Source: Blepharisma stoltei ATCC 30299
Taxonomy: Eukaryota > Protista > Ciliophora
Length of the DNA stretch: 64,000 nt
Direction of reading: 5' to 3'
Assembly: GCA_965603825.1 (NCBI GenBank)
Contig: CBFDEM010000002.1
Coordinates: forward strand, 434,001-498,000
Shown piece after piece: positions 49,375 through 60,888 of the stretch. How positions within the stretch are numbered: position 1 is the stretch's first letter; every line of letters begins with the position of its first letter. The position numbers were made by a program, and so were the translations under genes. The notes below the pieces were generated by a model. It did no database searches. It was not told the origin of the DNA and saw only the letters and a program-made list of their open reading frames with translations.

Positions 49375-51396
49375 ATGGAGTCGAAATTTTTTTGGCTTTC
49401 AGATTCAGCTCAGTCCTTGACCTCGAATCTAGACGGCAAGCACTTGCATTGGACAACAGATATCAATGAAGAGCTGCCTATATTCATGCCTCCTTACAAG
49501 CATGGTCAGGAGGCCCCGATAACATTTGTTGAGATCTTTCAACAAGCAGTGCTGGAGACCCCTAACAAACCAGCCTTAAGAGTTAAAAAAGCAGACAAAT
49601 GGATAACCTGGACTTTCCAAGAATATTATTCAGATGCTCTTTTATTTGCCACTTCCCTCATTAGTCTAGGAATCTCACAAAGGAAAGTCGTCAACATCAT
49701 TGGTTTTAATGCTCCTGAGTGGATTTTGTCATTTGCCGGGTCAGTTATGGCCAATTGCATTCCTACGGGGATCTATACAACCAGTGGCACTGAAACTTGC
49801 CACTATATAGCAGACCATAGTGAAGCTGAATTAATTGTAGCTCAAAACGAATCCCATCTCATGAAGTACCTCAAAGTCATTGATAAGCTGCCAAAAATCA
49901 AAGCATTCGTTGTTTATTGGCCTACAGGCAACTTGAAAGAGATCAATAGTCCTGTCCCTATCTATAGCTGGACTGAATTTTTAGCCTTAGGGGAAAACGT
50001 TGATCCAGGAGAAGTTGAAAATCGAATGAGTTCAATTAGACCTTCAAGCTGCATGACGATTGTCTATACTTCAGGAACAACTGGGCCTCCAAAAGGAGTT
50101 TTATTAAGTCATGACAACTTAGCTTGGTCTGGAAGAAGACTAAGAGATGTGTCTGAGCCATATGGTGATGATGAGCATTCCATTTCTTATTTGCCACTTA
50201 GTCATGTAGTCCAGCAAACAATTGACTTTTTTGGCTGCCTCATCGCCAAAGTATGTATTGACTTCGCTGATGAAGATGCGTTACAAGGATCGCTCGGCAA
50301 AACAATAAAAGAAGTAAGGCCGACCTATTTCTTTGGAGTTCCAAGAGTCTACGAAAAACTTGAAGAAAAAATCAAGGCTATGTTCAACTCACTTCCGCCT
50401 AGCAAGAAAAAAATTGTAAACTGGGCCAGAGAAGTTGCTTATAGAAATGTTTTGAATCAGCTAGAAAATCGACCAGTTGAAAAGAGCTTTTATGTCGCCA
50501 AAGCAGTCTTTTTAGATAAATTTAGAGAAATGCTTGGCTTTGATAGATGCAGAACTCTTATGTATGGAGCAGCTCCATTGTCAAGAAGCACATTAAAGTT
50601 CTTTATATCACTAAATATGCCAATTATATCCGGATATGGGATGTCTGAAACTGCGGCACCCATGACTTTTGGGACATATAAAAATGGGAATATATGAAGC
50701 CAAGGAGCTGTGCTACCAGGTGCTGAGCTAGTCATCATGAACTCGAAAGGAGTCCAGCTTCCAGCAGGTGAAGCTGGAGAAATCTGCTATAGAGGAAGAA
50801 ATAAATTCGCTGGATATCTCAAAAATGAGAAAGAAACCAGAGAGTGTATTGATCAGAATGGATTTTTACACTCAGGAGACGAAGGATATTTAGATAGAGA
50901 CGGATTTTTGTTTATTACAGGCAGAATAAAAGAATTGATCATAACGGCTGGCGGTGAAAATATTCCTCCTTTCCTTATTGAAGAGCAAATCAAAGATATT
51001 TCAAAAATTTTCAATACAGTCTTGGTTGTTGGGGAAGGGAAAAAATACCTTGGAGCCTTAATTTCATTTAAAAAAGCGCTGCAGCCTGATGGATCATTCA
51101 GTGAGAAACTAACTCCTGAGGTAGTAGAAATTTTGAAGGCTCATGGAAGCCCTGTAAAAGAAAATCGTCAAGCTTTGGTATGCCCAATAGTGAAGAAATA
51201 TATTCAATCCTGCATTGACAAATATAATAAGCATGCAACTTCTAGAGCTCAGCATATAAGAAAATGGGGATTTTTGCCTCAAGATTTTTCAATTGCTGGA
51301 GGTGAACTTACCGCTACGATGAAAGTTAAGAGAAAAGTAGTTCATAAGAAATATGAAGCAGCAATTGAGCAGCTTTTTATTGATCCTACTTTATAA
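49375..51396 (+). CDS. Long-chain fatty-acid-CoA ligase, ACSBG (bubblegum)-like, 673 aa
   Basis: YTSGTTGPPKGVLLSHDN, SYLPLSHV, GVPRVYEK, YGMSET, GFLHSGDEG, ITGRIKELIITAGGENIPP, DFSIAGGELTATMKVKR; one TGA=Trp at 50695. Confidence 0.93.
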
Positions 51397-51755
51397 TCTA
51401 AGAAGCATTAAAATAAATGGAAATAAAGAAAATATATAATAATAGCAATTCTAGACCATGCTTGGTGACATATTTACTTTTGATAAATTTCCCTTTTGTC
51501 ATCATTTAGCATACTAATTTCTTAAATGCGTTCAACAATTAATTTCTATCTTACTCGGATATTAAAAGACTTTCAAATCTTGGAAGAACCTGATATAATT
51601 GATAGTGGTATGATCAATGGCAAATTAAGAAGATTAAAAATCTGATCAGATTACTATTAACTCTATTATTAGCAGCTATTCATTAAAAAAATCCAATTTT
51701 AATATAGATCCATTAAAACTTTCATATATTTTTATGTTCTGATATTATCATAAAA

Positions 51756-51971
51756 ATGGCCATTAAAATTAATAATTTAAAAATGAAGCACGGATCATCC
51801 AAAGGAGGTCAAAGCCATCAGGCCCATACTCAGTCATCAAATGTGCATAACTCAAACAATCCTGCTCATCATGCTGCAGCAGATAACAAGAGCAATCAGA
51901 TGAATCCTAATAATCCGAGCTACTCTTCGAGTAGACAAGGATCTTCTCAAGGGTCATCTCATAAGCATTAA
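51756..51971 (+). CDS. Small His/Ser/Asn/Gln-rich protein (start may be the ATG at 51783)
   Basis: GC-elevated ORF in AT-rich flanks; two imperfect copies of an S-N-x-x-N-(P/S)-N-N-P motif. Confidence 0.65.
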   Translation: MAIKINNLKMKHGSSKGGQSHQAHTQSSNVHNSNNPAHHAAADNKSNQMNPNNPSYSSSRQGSSQGSSHKH

Positions 51972-52140
51972 ACTAATCACTTATTCTTAGTGACTAATAG
52001 TAAATTTAATATGAGCTAAGGTTAATTGACCATTAAAGGGCACCTCATTTTAATAAAATAGTAAACCTACCATTATATTGACCTAAGCCTATTTCTAATT
52101 AAAGTAATGATATCATTTAAAATTATACCCCTTTCAGTCT

Positions 52141-52900
52141 TTAATTAAGCTTTCTTAATAATTCTCTTATTTCAACCATATTAATCCCTCTAATTTCTAT
52201 AAATTCAATCATTACATAACAAATCCCAGCAACGCTTACCAGAGAACAAATCAAAAATTAACACCAATAATCCACTTAGTGAAATATGCAGGAATGTAAA
52301 TAAGGCAATCATGATAATTGCTCAATAGCTCCAATACAAATACTCATTGCTCTGGCTGTTAAAATTTTTCCTAAATAAAACCAGGAAATAGCCTCTATGC
52401 CTAGATAGACCCAGCAAGGTTTGAGCAAACATTATCCCTGAATCGATGATTAACCAAGTCAATGATTAAATTGCATCCATTATATCTGCTGGAGAGATTT
52501 CTCGGATATAAAGCGGAGTAATTGCAAAAAGTACCCAGATAGAATCCAGTTGCATGTCTTCCGATTCCAAAAGCATAAGTGTCAGGAATAATAAATAGAA
52601 GCCCACCGCCAATGTTTATGATATCATCATCCATAAGTGCTTTCTCCTTCCTACTCTATTAGAAGCAGAGCTAGCAATTAATGCGCCACAAAGAGCACCA
52701 AGAGACATGATGGCTGCCTTCATTGATATATAGAGCTCTTTATTTCCTCCTCAATCTAAAGTAGCTGATACATTCAATTGATTGGAATTAAAAGCGCCTG
52801 TGCTATAGCCAAAAATAAAAGAGTCTACACTCGCGTTTAAAGCAATTCTTCATATAAATTTTTATTTATACGATTTTGGATTGAGATTTTCTTTATCCAT
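52141..52900 (-). pseudogene. Sugar porter (MFS) pseudogene with frameshifts, stops and a large internal deletion
   Basis: Motifs FIFGYSTGAFN, GALCGA...NRVGRRK, GR..TG, PLYIREISP, LG...ISWFYLG, EIRG..MVEIRE occur in order but in different frames. TAA at 52862-52864 and 52466-52468. Only ~760 nt long. Confidence 0.8.
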
Positions 52901-53186
52901 TTGTAGATTTATTTAAAACCTCCTAGAAGACATTTATGACTAAGTTCATGATAAGCATTAGAATTTAAGGTATACTTAAATTATCAATATTGGAGTTCTA
53001 GACCTTTATCCTTTTTGTATTGCATCGTCGATTACTTTAATATTCATCAACAGCCTTATGTAGAATTAATTCCGGATAAGGGTCTACACTTTTCTTCTTA
53101 GAGGCAGAAGGTTTGTGCCACTAGTGCATTATAAATAATTATAATTAACTAGAAATGATAATGATATGAGTAAAAATTTGTTTATT

Positions 53187-55580
53187 TTAAGCACTGATTT
53201 TATAGCTATTGCAATTCAAGCACATAGGCTTAGAATTTAAATGTTTTTGGCCACATTTACAAATTCATCTTGTTTTTCTACACATCATGCAGCTATATTT
53301 ATCAGGAGTCAAATCTAAATTGCAGGCTACACAGTGGTTGTCTCTTGTCCTCTTCAGACAATAATAGCAATTTTTATACTCTCCCATAGTCAACTTCATA
53401 CCACAGAAGCAACATGAAAGCTCCTTATAATAGCTTTCTTCTGAGTGAGAGATAGGAGTCTCTAAATTTTGGTCCCTCTTATGGAGGATTTTACAGTTAA
53501 AGCATTCTTCATCAGTTGGCCAATTGAATTTATTGCAATTTTCACATTCCCATACTAATAGAACGCATCCTTTGCACAGTAACTTGGAGCTTTCAAAATA
53601 ATAGCTACACTTGAGACAAAAATTCCCAGTTGATTCAGACTTGCATTTTCAGCAAAACTTTTTATCAGTAATCGCTATAGTTTTATGGCAAATCTGGCAT
53701 CTCTCGGATATGCAACTAAGACAAAAATTGCCGATTGCTATATCTTCCCCACACTTATTACATTGATTTTTTTGAGGTGTACGAAATTGACACTTGCAAT
53801 AACTTTGGGTGTTATAAGATCCACATAATTTGCATAGCCACACATTTGCAAGAAGTCTGCTTGACCCTTGTATTTTTGATTTTTTCTTAGAACAATGAGT
53901 GCATTCTTGGCACTTTGAACTATTAAACTCTTTACAAATTTTGCATTGTCAAGGTATATTTGGTTTTCCAGCTGAATTGCTTTGACTTTGAGGCTTCAAT
54001 TCCTTTTTCATACTTCCACATACTTGGCATATAACAAAATAAGGATCATTTTTAAAAGTGCAATCTCTACAAATTCATCCACTTTCACCAGGCTTTAACT
54101 CTTTACAGCTTGGACAACACTGCCAATTTATTTCGTTAGTCCTTCCACAATTGCATCGTCACAACTCAGGATTTTGCTCTATTTGCATATTAGAATCGCT
54201 ATTTTTTATGCAAGGGCTCTGGCTCTGAGATTTTAAGAAGATTCTGCTTTCTCTTGATCGATAGATTTTTGGAGTGAGGCACTTTTTCTGAGAACTTAAC
54301 TCTGACCGTTTCCTCTTCCAAATTTTATTCATGATTTTGGCTTCTAATTCAATTCAATCTATATCTCTTAAGCCTTCATGCTCTATTTGGTCTGATTCTT
54401 CATAGAATAATCCTACAGGATAAAGTTTGCAATCAATTATTTCTTCAATTGCTTTTATTCATGATCCATTTCCTAGTAGCGATGTATTTTCATCATCCAA
54501 TTTGTATCATAAATTATTCTCTGAATGCTTTACAACAAAAACATAGTGAAATCCTCCATATAAAATCATTCCCTTTAGTATATGGCTTGTATTATGAGCC
54601 TCTGCATAAATCCTGCCAAGTGACAAATTTAGAGGAATTGATGCCAAAATTTGAAGGATTTCGAGATAGTTTGGATTTTTTTCATGCCAAATTAATTGGA
54701 TAGTAAAAATAATTGGGTGAGATCTTAAAATCAGTGAGTTTTTACTTCTATTTACACAGCAGTTTTCAGTATTTGGACATATGTCAAGTTTAGCATTTTC
54801 TCATTGGCTTCGAATGAATTCTGGGATTGCCCCTTCAATAGGTATGATACTGGAATACTTCAAGCACTCTGCTAAATTTTCTCTTATGCCTTCTCTCACA
54901 AGCTTCTCTGGATGAAATTTTTTGGTTTCTTCAAGAATATCATAGATATAGAAAGGATGAGAAAAGGAAGAAAAATCTCAGTCGTTTTCCACTTTACTTC
55001 CGCACTCACAGATTAATGATTCATGGACTTGAAGATCAATAACTTGATGCGCGATGCAAGATCTCCCACAGCTTGCATTTGAGATATCAGAATTAACACC
55101 CTCGCTGGTATCTCCGATTTCATTCGAATGAATAGCTTTCAGAATCGCCATTAAAGCTTCCATGCTGTCGTCAGCTGAATGAATCCCAAATCTTTTGACC
55201 GATTTGTAAACTTCTGATAAATGTCTTCGATATAGAGAAATGTCTATGATGTTTTCCTGAGATTGAAGTAGATTTTGTAGACTTTGGGTAAAAAGCTGCT
55301 TTAGTCCGCAAACTAGGCAATAATGATCATCTTGGAGCTCGCATTTGAGATTTTGCGTTAGAATTAAATCCCGAAAAGAATGAAAATGCCACAGAACTTG
55401 CAAGGCAGAGTTTAAGAAGCAGTTCATTTCCCCGAATTCGTTTTTAAATCCTATAAAGCCATGAATATCAGGCAGAGAAGGATACTGAAAAGAGTTTCTG
55501 AACTTTGAAGGGCTTCCTGATATTATTGATTGCTTTTTCTTTGATTTCATTTTATTTTCATTTTCTCGATTAAGTGACAT
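53187..55580 (-). CDS. USP53/USP54-like deubiquitinase with C-terminal RanBP2/NZF zinc fingers and Cys-rich array, 797 aa
   Basis: Cys box GFKNEFGEMNCFLNSALQVLWH; His box MILYGGFHYV...W(TGA)YKLDD; fingers WRCNC, WICRDCTFKN...CQVC, WQCKIC, WLCKLC, WECENC, WICKC. Single open frame read by hand to TAA at 53187-53189. Confidence 0.85.
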
Positions 55581-55814
55581 AGTCTACAATAGGTAATCAG
55601 TATGATTTAAGCTATAAAGGGCTATTCATTTAAACTCATTATGGAGCTTTTTATTAATTTTGAGAATTCTGATGCAGCTATTAAATCTTATTATATTTTC
55701 TATTCTTTATTATTTAATATTCTCAATTTATAGAATCTAAGCCCTTTCTGTCTATTTTATTTTAAAATTCTTTCTAATAGCTTTATTTTCTTAACCTGAA
55801 TAATCTAATAAATA

Positions 55815-57695
55815 ATGCAGATGTCAAGCCGCTCCAATTCAAGAAGCAACCAGCCACAGAGCAACCCTTCTTTTCAAAGCTCTTTTTCGAATAAATCATT
55901 GCAGTCCCAAGGCTACTTCGCAAAAGACTTATTTCCTCTGCTTCGCAAAGGGCTTGAAGGCTTAGGATTCCAAAAGACCAGAGTGATACAAGAAAATGAC
56001 AGATACCTAATTATGATTGCAATAGGCGACCAGAGCGAACTGTATGAAGGCAAATGGGGGAATTTCCCCATCATTTTTGAGGCGAAAAATGGGATTTTGG
56101 AACTTCGACTTCTTTTAGCGATCAATTCCAAAGCAGCAATTTTTAATGAAGAGGCGTTTTATATAGCAAATGAGTTCCTCATTCGGGTTAACTACAAATC
56201 AGATATCGGCCATTTCCAATGGGATTGTGCAAAGAGACAAGTTTTATACAGGGTCGTGTTTTCTTGTATAGGACTCACAACTAAGGACATCCTGGAAATC
56301 CTTAGAAAAATGATAGGGGAAGCTATTTATTCGTACAAAATTTATGGGTACGGCTTTGTGAAAATTTATGAAAACCCAGACCAAGATCCAGTACAACTAA
56401 TAATGACCTGTGAAGACCGTATTACATCTGTGCTTCCCAGAACTTTTCATTTAGACGAATCATGTGAAAGTGAGGATAGAGACACAAGACATCTGAACGA
56501 CTGATATGTAGCTGTTTTCGACAGCCCAGCCCAATTCCAAGCCGAGCTTAATCTAATAGAAGAGCTTGCAAAAGACGAATTTATATCAGGTGTATTCGAG
56601 TTAGATGGGAAAAGAATCAGCCACCAAATGATTGAGTACTGCCATATGCGTGGTGTGCCACTTGTCAAAGCTTTAGTAAATACTGACAAGGCTTATTCAG
56701 ACTTCATAGAAGATATCGTTCTCGGGTTATTTGACTTGGGCTACGTTTTTGATGGAATTCCTTACAAATCCATGGTGGTTGTCAAAGGAGATATAAAAAT
56801 TTGCTACAAAGGAAAACTTCAAGAGATTATAATCCCTATCACAAGCGACATTACTGAAGACGATTTGCTGCTAAACACTTACAGTGAAATGACTGATATT
56901 CTCTGTGAAATTATGAATGATCCTACCAATTATGCTTCTGATATTGACTTCATCAAATGCTCAGCTTTAGATGTCGAAGACGATTCTCTAGAAGCCTCCA
57001 AAACCCATCTAAAAGAAATGCTTAATACTGATGTAGATTTAGTCAAAATCGGGACTGATCAAAAAATCGCTGAAGAGCACTGAAGCATGTATAACTATCA
57101 TTTATGCTTAAATAATGACTCTGTGCTCAGATGTTATGGGCTGTATAGAATCAAGTCCAATATCTACGCAGTTTTCGAAAAATGTTCACTTACACTTGAA
57201 GAGTTTTTGCATGAAAAAAATATCCCTTATGATTCAGAAATTGAGAAAAAAAGAAAAGATTGGCTGTCACAAATTGTGTATGCACTTAAGCATGTATATA
57301 TGAAAGAAATCCCATTTTTCTGTGTTGATTTAGGACTGATTATGCTGAATAAGCGGGATGAAATTAAGCTAAAGATCATTAGTCATGATAAAGCTAGGCC
57401 ATTTTGAAAATCCCCTGAAATATTGCAGGGCTTGATTGACGATAAAAGTGTGATTTTTTCTCTTGGAATGATCATTTATTATTTTATTGTTGGGTATAAT
57501 TATTATGAACAAAAAATCGACGAAAGCGACTTGAAGAGTGCTATATGTGAAGAGCATATCAAGCCAATTGTTCCTTGGAAAATTGAGGAAAACTTTTCTG
57601 AGTTGGTGGATCTGATGAGGGATTGCTTGATTTATAAGAGTAGAAACAGAATTGCAATCATCGATGTAGGGAAAAGACTATCAAATATTTCATAA
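55815..57695 (+). CDS. YbjN-like domain fused to degenerate protein-kinase fold(s), 626 aa
   Basis: Four in-frame ORFs joined by TGA. EFLIRVNYKSDIGHFQWD...QVLYR (YbjN-like). C-terminal kinase-like pattern VLRCYG, VFEKC..TLEEFL, QIVYALKHV, WKSPEIL, KSVIFSLGMIIY, LMRDCL...R without HRD or DFG. Confidence 0.7.
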
Positions 57696-58191
57696 ATTAT
57701 TGGCAAAGTAGGCGGTTAATATATTAATATCAATAATTTTCTATTATAAATTAGCCAATGGGGAAAATTTTAGTCACTGTTGACTTATCATTAGTATAAA
57801 CTCATTCAATAGATAAAAATAGCTTTAAATTGAAATAAGCTTAGTTTATCATCCGCCTTAAATTTAGTATACGTTTGTTATAAATACTTTACGTCATGAA
57901 CTCATGCTAATTAGCGTGCAATTGATATTCCTTGATTTTAAATGAGATATCAATATTTTTATTAAGACTAAAATGGTGAACTGCTTTTTTGATGCAAACA
58001 AGAAAGGCAGTTCACTGGCAAAAATAATATTTAAATGGTTAAAATTAAAATATGCATCTCCTTGAAAAATAAATAAAAATTATTTTTATCAAAATAGGAA
58101 GGTTTGAAATTATCCTATCTTAATAACTTATTTATAAAAAATTAATATTAAAATGGAATAAAGGAATGAATTAAATTCACTTTCTTAGTTA

Positions 58192-60888
58192 TTAGACCTT
58201 TTTTTCTTCAACAATAAGGGCTTCAGTCAAAGTTGAAAGATTTTTCTTCTCCATAATTTGCCTCTTATTGCAGTAGTACCAAATCGAGACAGATACAAAT
58301 AGAGCAGTGATAAAGATACAAACCACCAGCGTTGAAGAGAAGTTGCCACTAACCAATAAGCCTTGCTGGTCAGCAACCAATGTTTGTCTTACCTCTAGCT
58401 GATACTCACAAGCATCGCTCATGCAAAAGCTACACAAAAGTGTTATGCATAGTCCACTTGGACAAACTTCTTGTAAGATATCATTCCTTATGAAAATTTC
58501 TTCAACATATTCTGACCTGCTTTTATATTGCTTTTTGGCTTTGTTTGGCAGGGGCCAAGAAGCAGAGTTAGGGCCGATTTCAGCGAAATCAAAAATGGAA
58601 ACATAGACAAGTGTTTCTCCAGAAATCCTATCTATTGATACTCTTGCAGGTTTTTCTGTATTCATAACATTGAAAAACCTGTCTTCAACTGTATTTACAG
58701 CGCTAATTGATTTTGGAGAATTGCTGGCCAGCTCTTTTGGTAGTGCTGAAGATGGATAAACTTGCACTGAAAATACTGAATTTACCTTGCCGTATATTCC
58801 GATGTGGTAATAGCAAGGCTCACCATTTTCATGGGCAGCAAGTCCTTCAAGCTGAGGGCAGTTGTTCATTGCGATTTTATCATTAGTTAAGGTAATTTCT
58901 TCTCTGGTTGAATTCAAATTTGATTTATAGTCATAAAATGCTGGAGAAGGTCTTCCATCATTGTCATTGAGTGAAATATAAATTTCAGCATCACCTTTAT
59001 AGACATTAAGCACGATGGTAATAGTCTTGTGTCCATATGAAAAAGGAATTTTATAGTCTTTGAATGTCATTTCATCAACTTGGTCTCTATACGCTTTTCC
59101 TTCTTCTAATAAGAGTTCGTTATCTTGCTGAAGCTGAAGTCTTGGATAGCACTCTTGATAAGGGCAATGCAAGCAAATCTGAGCCAAACATGTTTTGCTT
59201 GGGCACAAGCTTTTCAAATACTCTTTCCTTAAGGCGACTGTATCAGAATCTTTCTCCACAATAAGCGTTGCTTTAGAGTCTAAGTTATTAGGCAGTTTTG
59301 ACATATCTTTTTTGACAGCTCCATAATCATAGATACTCATGATCATTTTTCCAGCCAAAAGTTCGTCTACAAGAATGCTTGCATCATAGTTGCTATCAAG
59401 TAGAGAATAAAACATACCATGCTTGCTTGACCCAATTGACTTTACTTGCACAGATCCTGTTCTTAGGTTATCGAATAGATCATATTCATAATAAATCAAT
59501 GAATATGTACCCTGGGAGTACCCATAAACACCCACATGATATACACATGGGTTAACACCTTCATGGCTTGCTGATAAGCTAACAGGACAGTTCTGCTGGG
59601 CAACGGAATCAAATGTAAGAGTGAATTCTTCAGCAAGTAGACCACCTCTTTGAAGCCTGTAGTCATAGAAAACTGTATCAGGGACTCCGTTATTTGCATT
59701 AAGTCTCACATATAAATCTACATCTGAAGAGACAGGCGTGAGTACAACTTTTATGTTTTTATGGCCGTAATAAAAAGGAACTTGGAAATAATGGAAGCAA
59801 TTTAGGCAAATGCTTCCAGTATAATAAGTGTCTTTCTTCATATAGCTATAGCTCTGGTTTAACAAAGAAAGCTGAGCTTGACATGGGTCGCTCCAGCAAA
59901 TTAAACAAATTTCTACGAAGCATTTTCTGCTGGGGCAAATAGATGCTAGGTAATCTTTTCCAAATTTAATTTCATCATAAACTTTGCTGCTATTAAAGCT
60001 ATTTGGCGATGAATAAGGCATTGGCCATTTGGTAGACTCTTTTCCAACAGAATCATAGTCAAATAAGCTTACATAAAGCGAAGTTCTCCCTGATAGATTG
60101 CTTACTTTGACAGCTGATGGGCTGTTTACATCAAGAACCCCATAGAAAGATTTATGATCATAAAGGTTCATATTTGAAGTTATCGGACTTCCAATTTTGA
60201 CTAGTGTAGGAACTACAGGAATAGATGTGAAGCTTATATCAAATTTAGTGCTTGTTGGAGAATAGACACCTATATGATAGGCGCATTGCTTTGAAGGATC
60301 GTAATGGCCTTTCTGGTTAGAGTTACAGTTAAGATAGGCAACTGAGTCCCATTTGAGGCTGATTTCTAAAGTTCCTTTTATAAAATTGCTGAAGGAGTAG
60401 TTATTTGAACTTAAATTTGGCTTGATGTTATTAGCGTTTAGACTGATGTATATCTGAGGGTTAGAAGACTCAGTATTTATCAATAGGGCGATGTCTTTAT
60501 GCCCTTGATAAAATGGAACCTTATAGAATTTCCACTCAGAAGGTAAAATATTTTCATTGTAAATGACATTTTCACTAAGACCAAGTTCATTGTTTTCGAG
60601 GAAAATCATAGTCCTGACACCTTCTGTAGTTTTAGTGATTTCAGCTTCTGCTGCTTCAGACAGCTCTGAACTCGAAGATCCTACTTCATCTTGGAGTTGG
60701 GAGGGTTGATTTAGCTCGCCAAAAGAGCCTTTTTGAATATCAAAGCCGCAAATGTTGAAAAGACATCCGCTGAAGCAATTTTCTACCTGAGATTTGCATT
60801 GCTCTTTGCAACTTGCAGCACAGTCTTCAAGATTAACTCCGTGGCTTTGGAGAATGCTTAGAAGACAAATTAAAAGGAGAGATAACAT
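58192..60888 (-). CDS. Type-I membrane/surface protein with three ~245-aa internal repeats, 898 aa
   Basis: Signal peptide; three copies of PF..GHK.I...Y.SLN.N..P...NC...C.YH.G.Y and CPS..C...C..C....C; single C-terminal TM; short tail. Confidence 0.85.
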   Translation of the reverse strand: MLSLLLICLLSILQSHGVNLEDCAASCKEQCKSQVENCFSGCLFNICGFDIQKGSFGELNQPSQLQDEVGSSSSELSEAAEAEITKTTEGVRTMIFLENNELGLSENVIYNENILPSEWKFYKVPFYQGHKDIALLINTESSNPQIYISLNANNIKPNLSSNNYSFSNFIKGTLEISLKWDSVAYLNCNSNQKGHYDPSKQCAYHIGVYSPTSTKFDISFTSIPVVPTLVKIGSPITSNMNLYDHKSFYGVLDVNSPSAVKVSNLSGRTSLYVSLFDYDSVGKESTKWPMPYSSPNSFNSSKVYDEIKFGKDYLASICPSRKCFVEICLICWSDPCQAQLSLLNQSYSYMKKDTYYTGSICLNCFHYFQVPFYYGHKNIKVVLTPVSSDVDLYVRLNANNGVPDTVFYDYRLQRGGLLAEEFTLTFDSVAQQNCPVSLSASHEGVNPCVYHVGVYGYSQGTYSLIYYEYDLFDNLRTGSVQVKSIGSSKHGMFYSLLDSNYDASILVDELLAGKMIMSIYDYGAVKKDMSKLPNNLDSKATLIVEKDSDTVALRKEYLKSLCPSKTCLAQICLHCPYQECYPRLQLQQDNELLLEEGKAYRDQVDEMTFKDYKIPFSYGHKTITIVLNVYKGDAEIYISLNDNDGRPSPAFYDYKSNLNSTREEITLTNDKIAMNNCPQLEGLAAHENGEPCYYHIGIYGKVNSVFSVQVYPSSALPKELASNSPKSISAVNTVEDRFFNVMNTEKPARVSIDRISGETLVYVSIFDFAEIGPNSASWPLPNKAKKQYKSRSEYVEEIFIRNDILQEVCPSGLCITLLCSFCMSDACEYQLEVRQTLVADQQGLLVSGNFSSTLVVCIFITALFVSVSIWYYCNKRQIMEKKNLSTLTEALIVEEKKV

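Noticed and set aside
30648-55580. E2, Ubl fusion and USP as a functional ubiquitin-like gene cluster
   Set aside because: Spread over 25 kb among unrelated genes; ubiquitin-system genes are abundant in ciliates.
5858-59699. Antisense and alternative-frame track ORFs inside real genes (e.g. 7226..7498, 12022..12357, 17379..17690, 25922..26212, 54449..54703)
   Set aside because: Shadows of the coding strand; their mutual similarity just mirrors paralogy of the sense genes.
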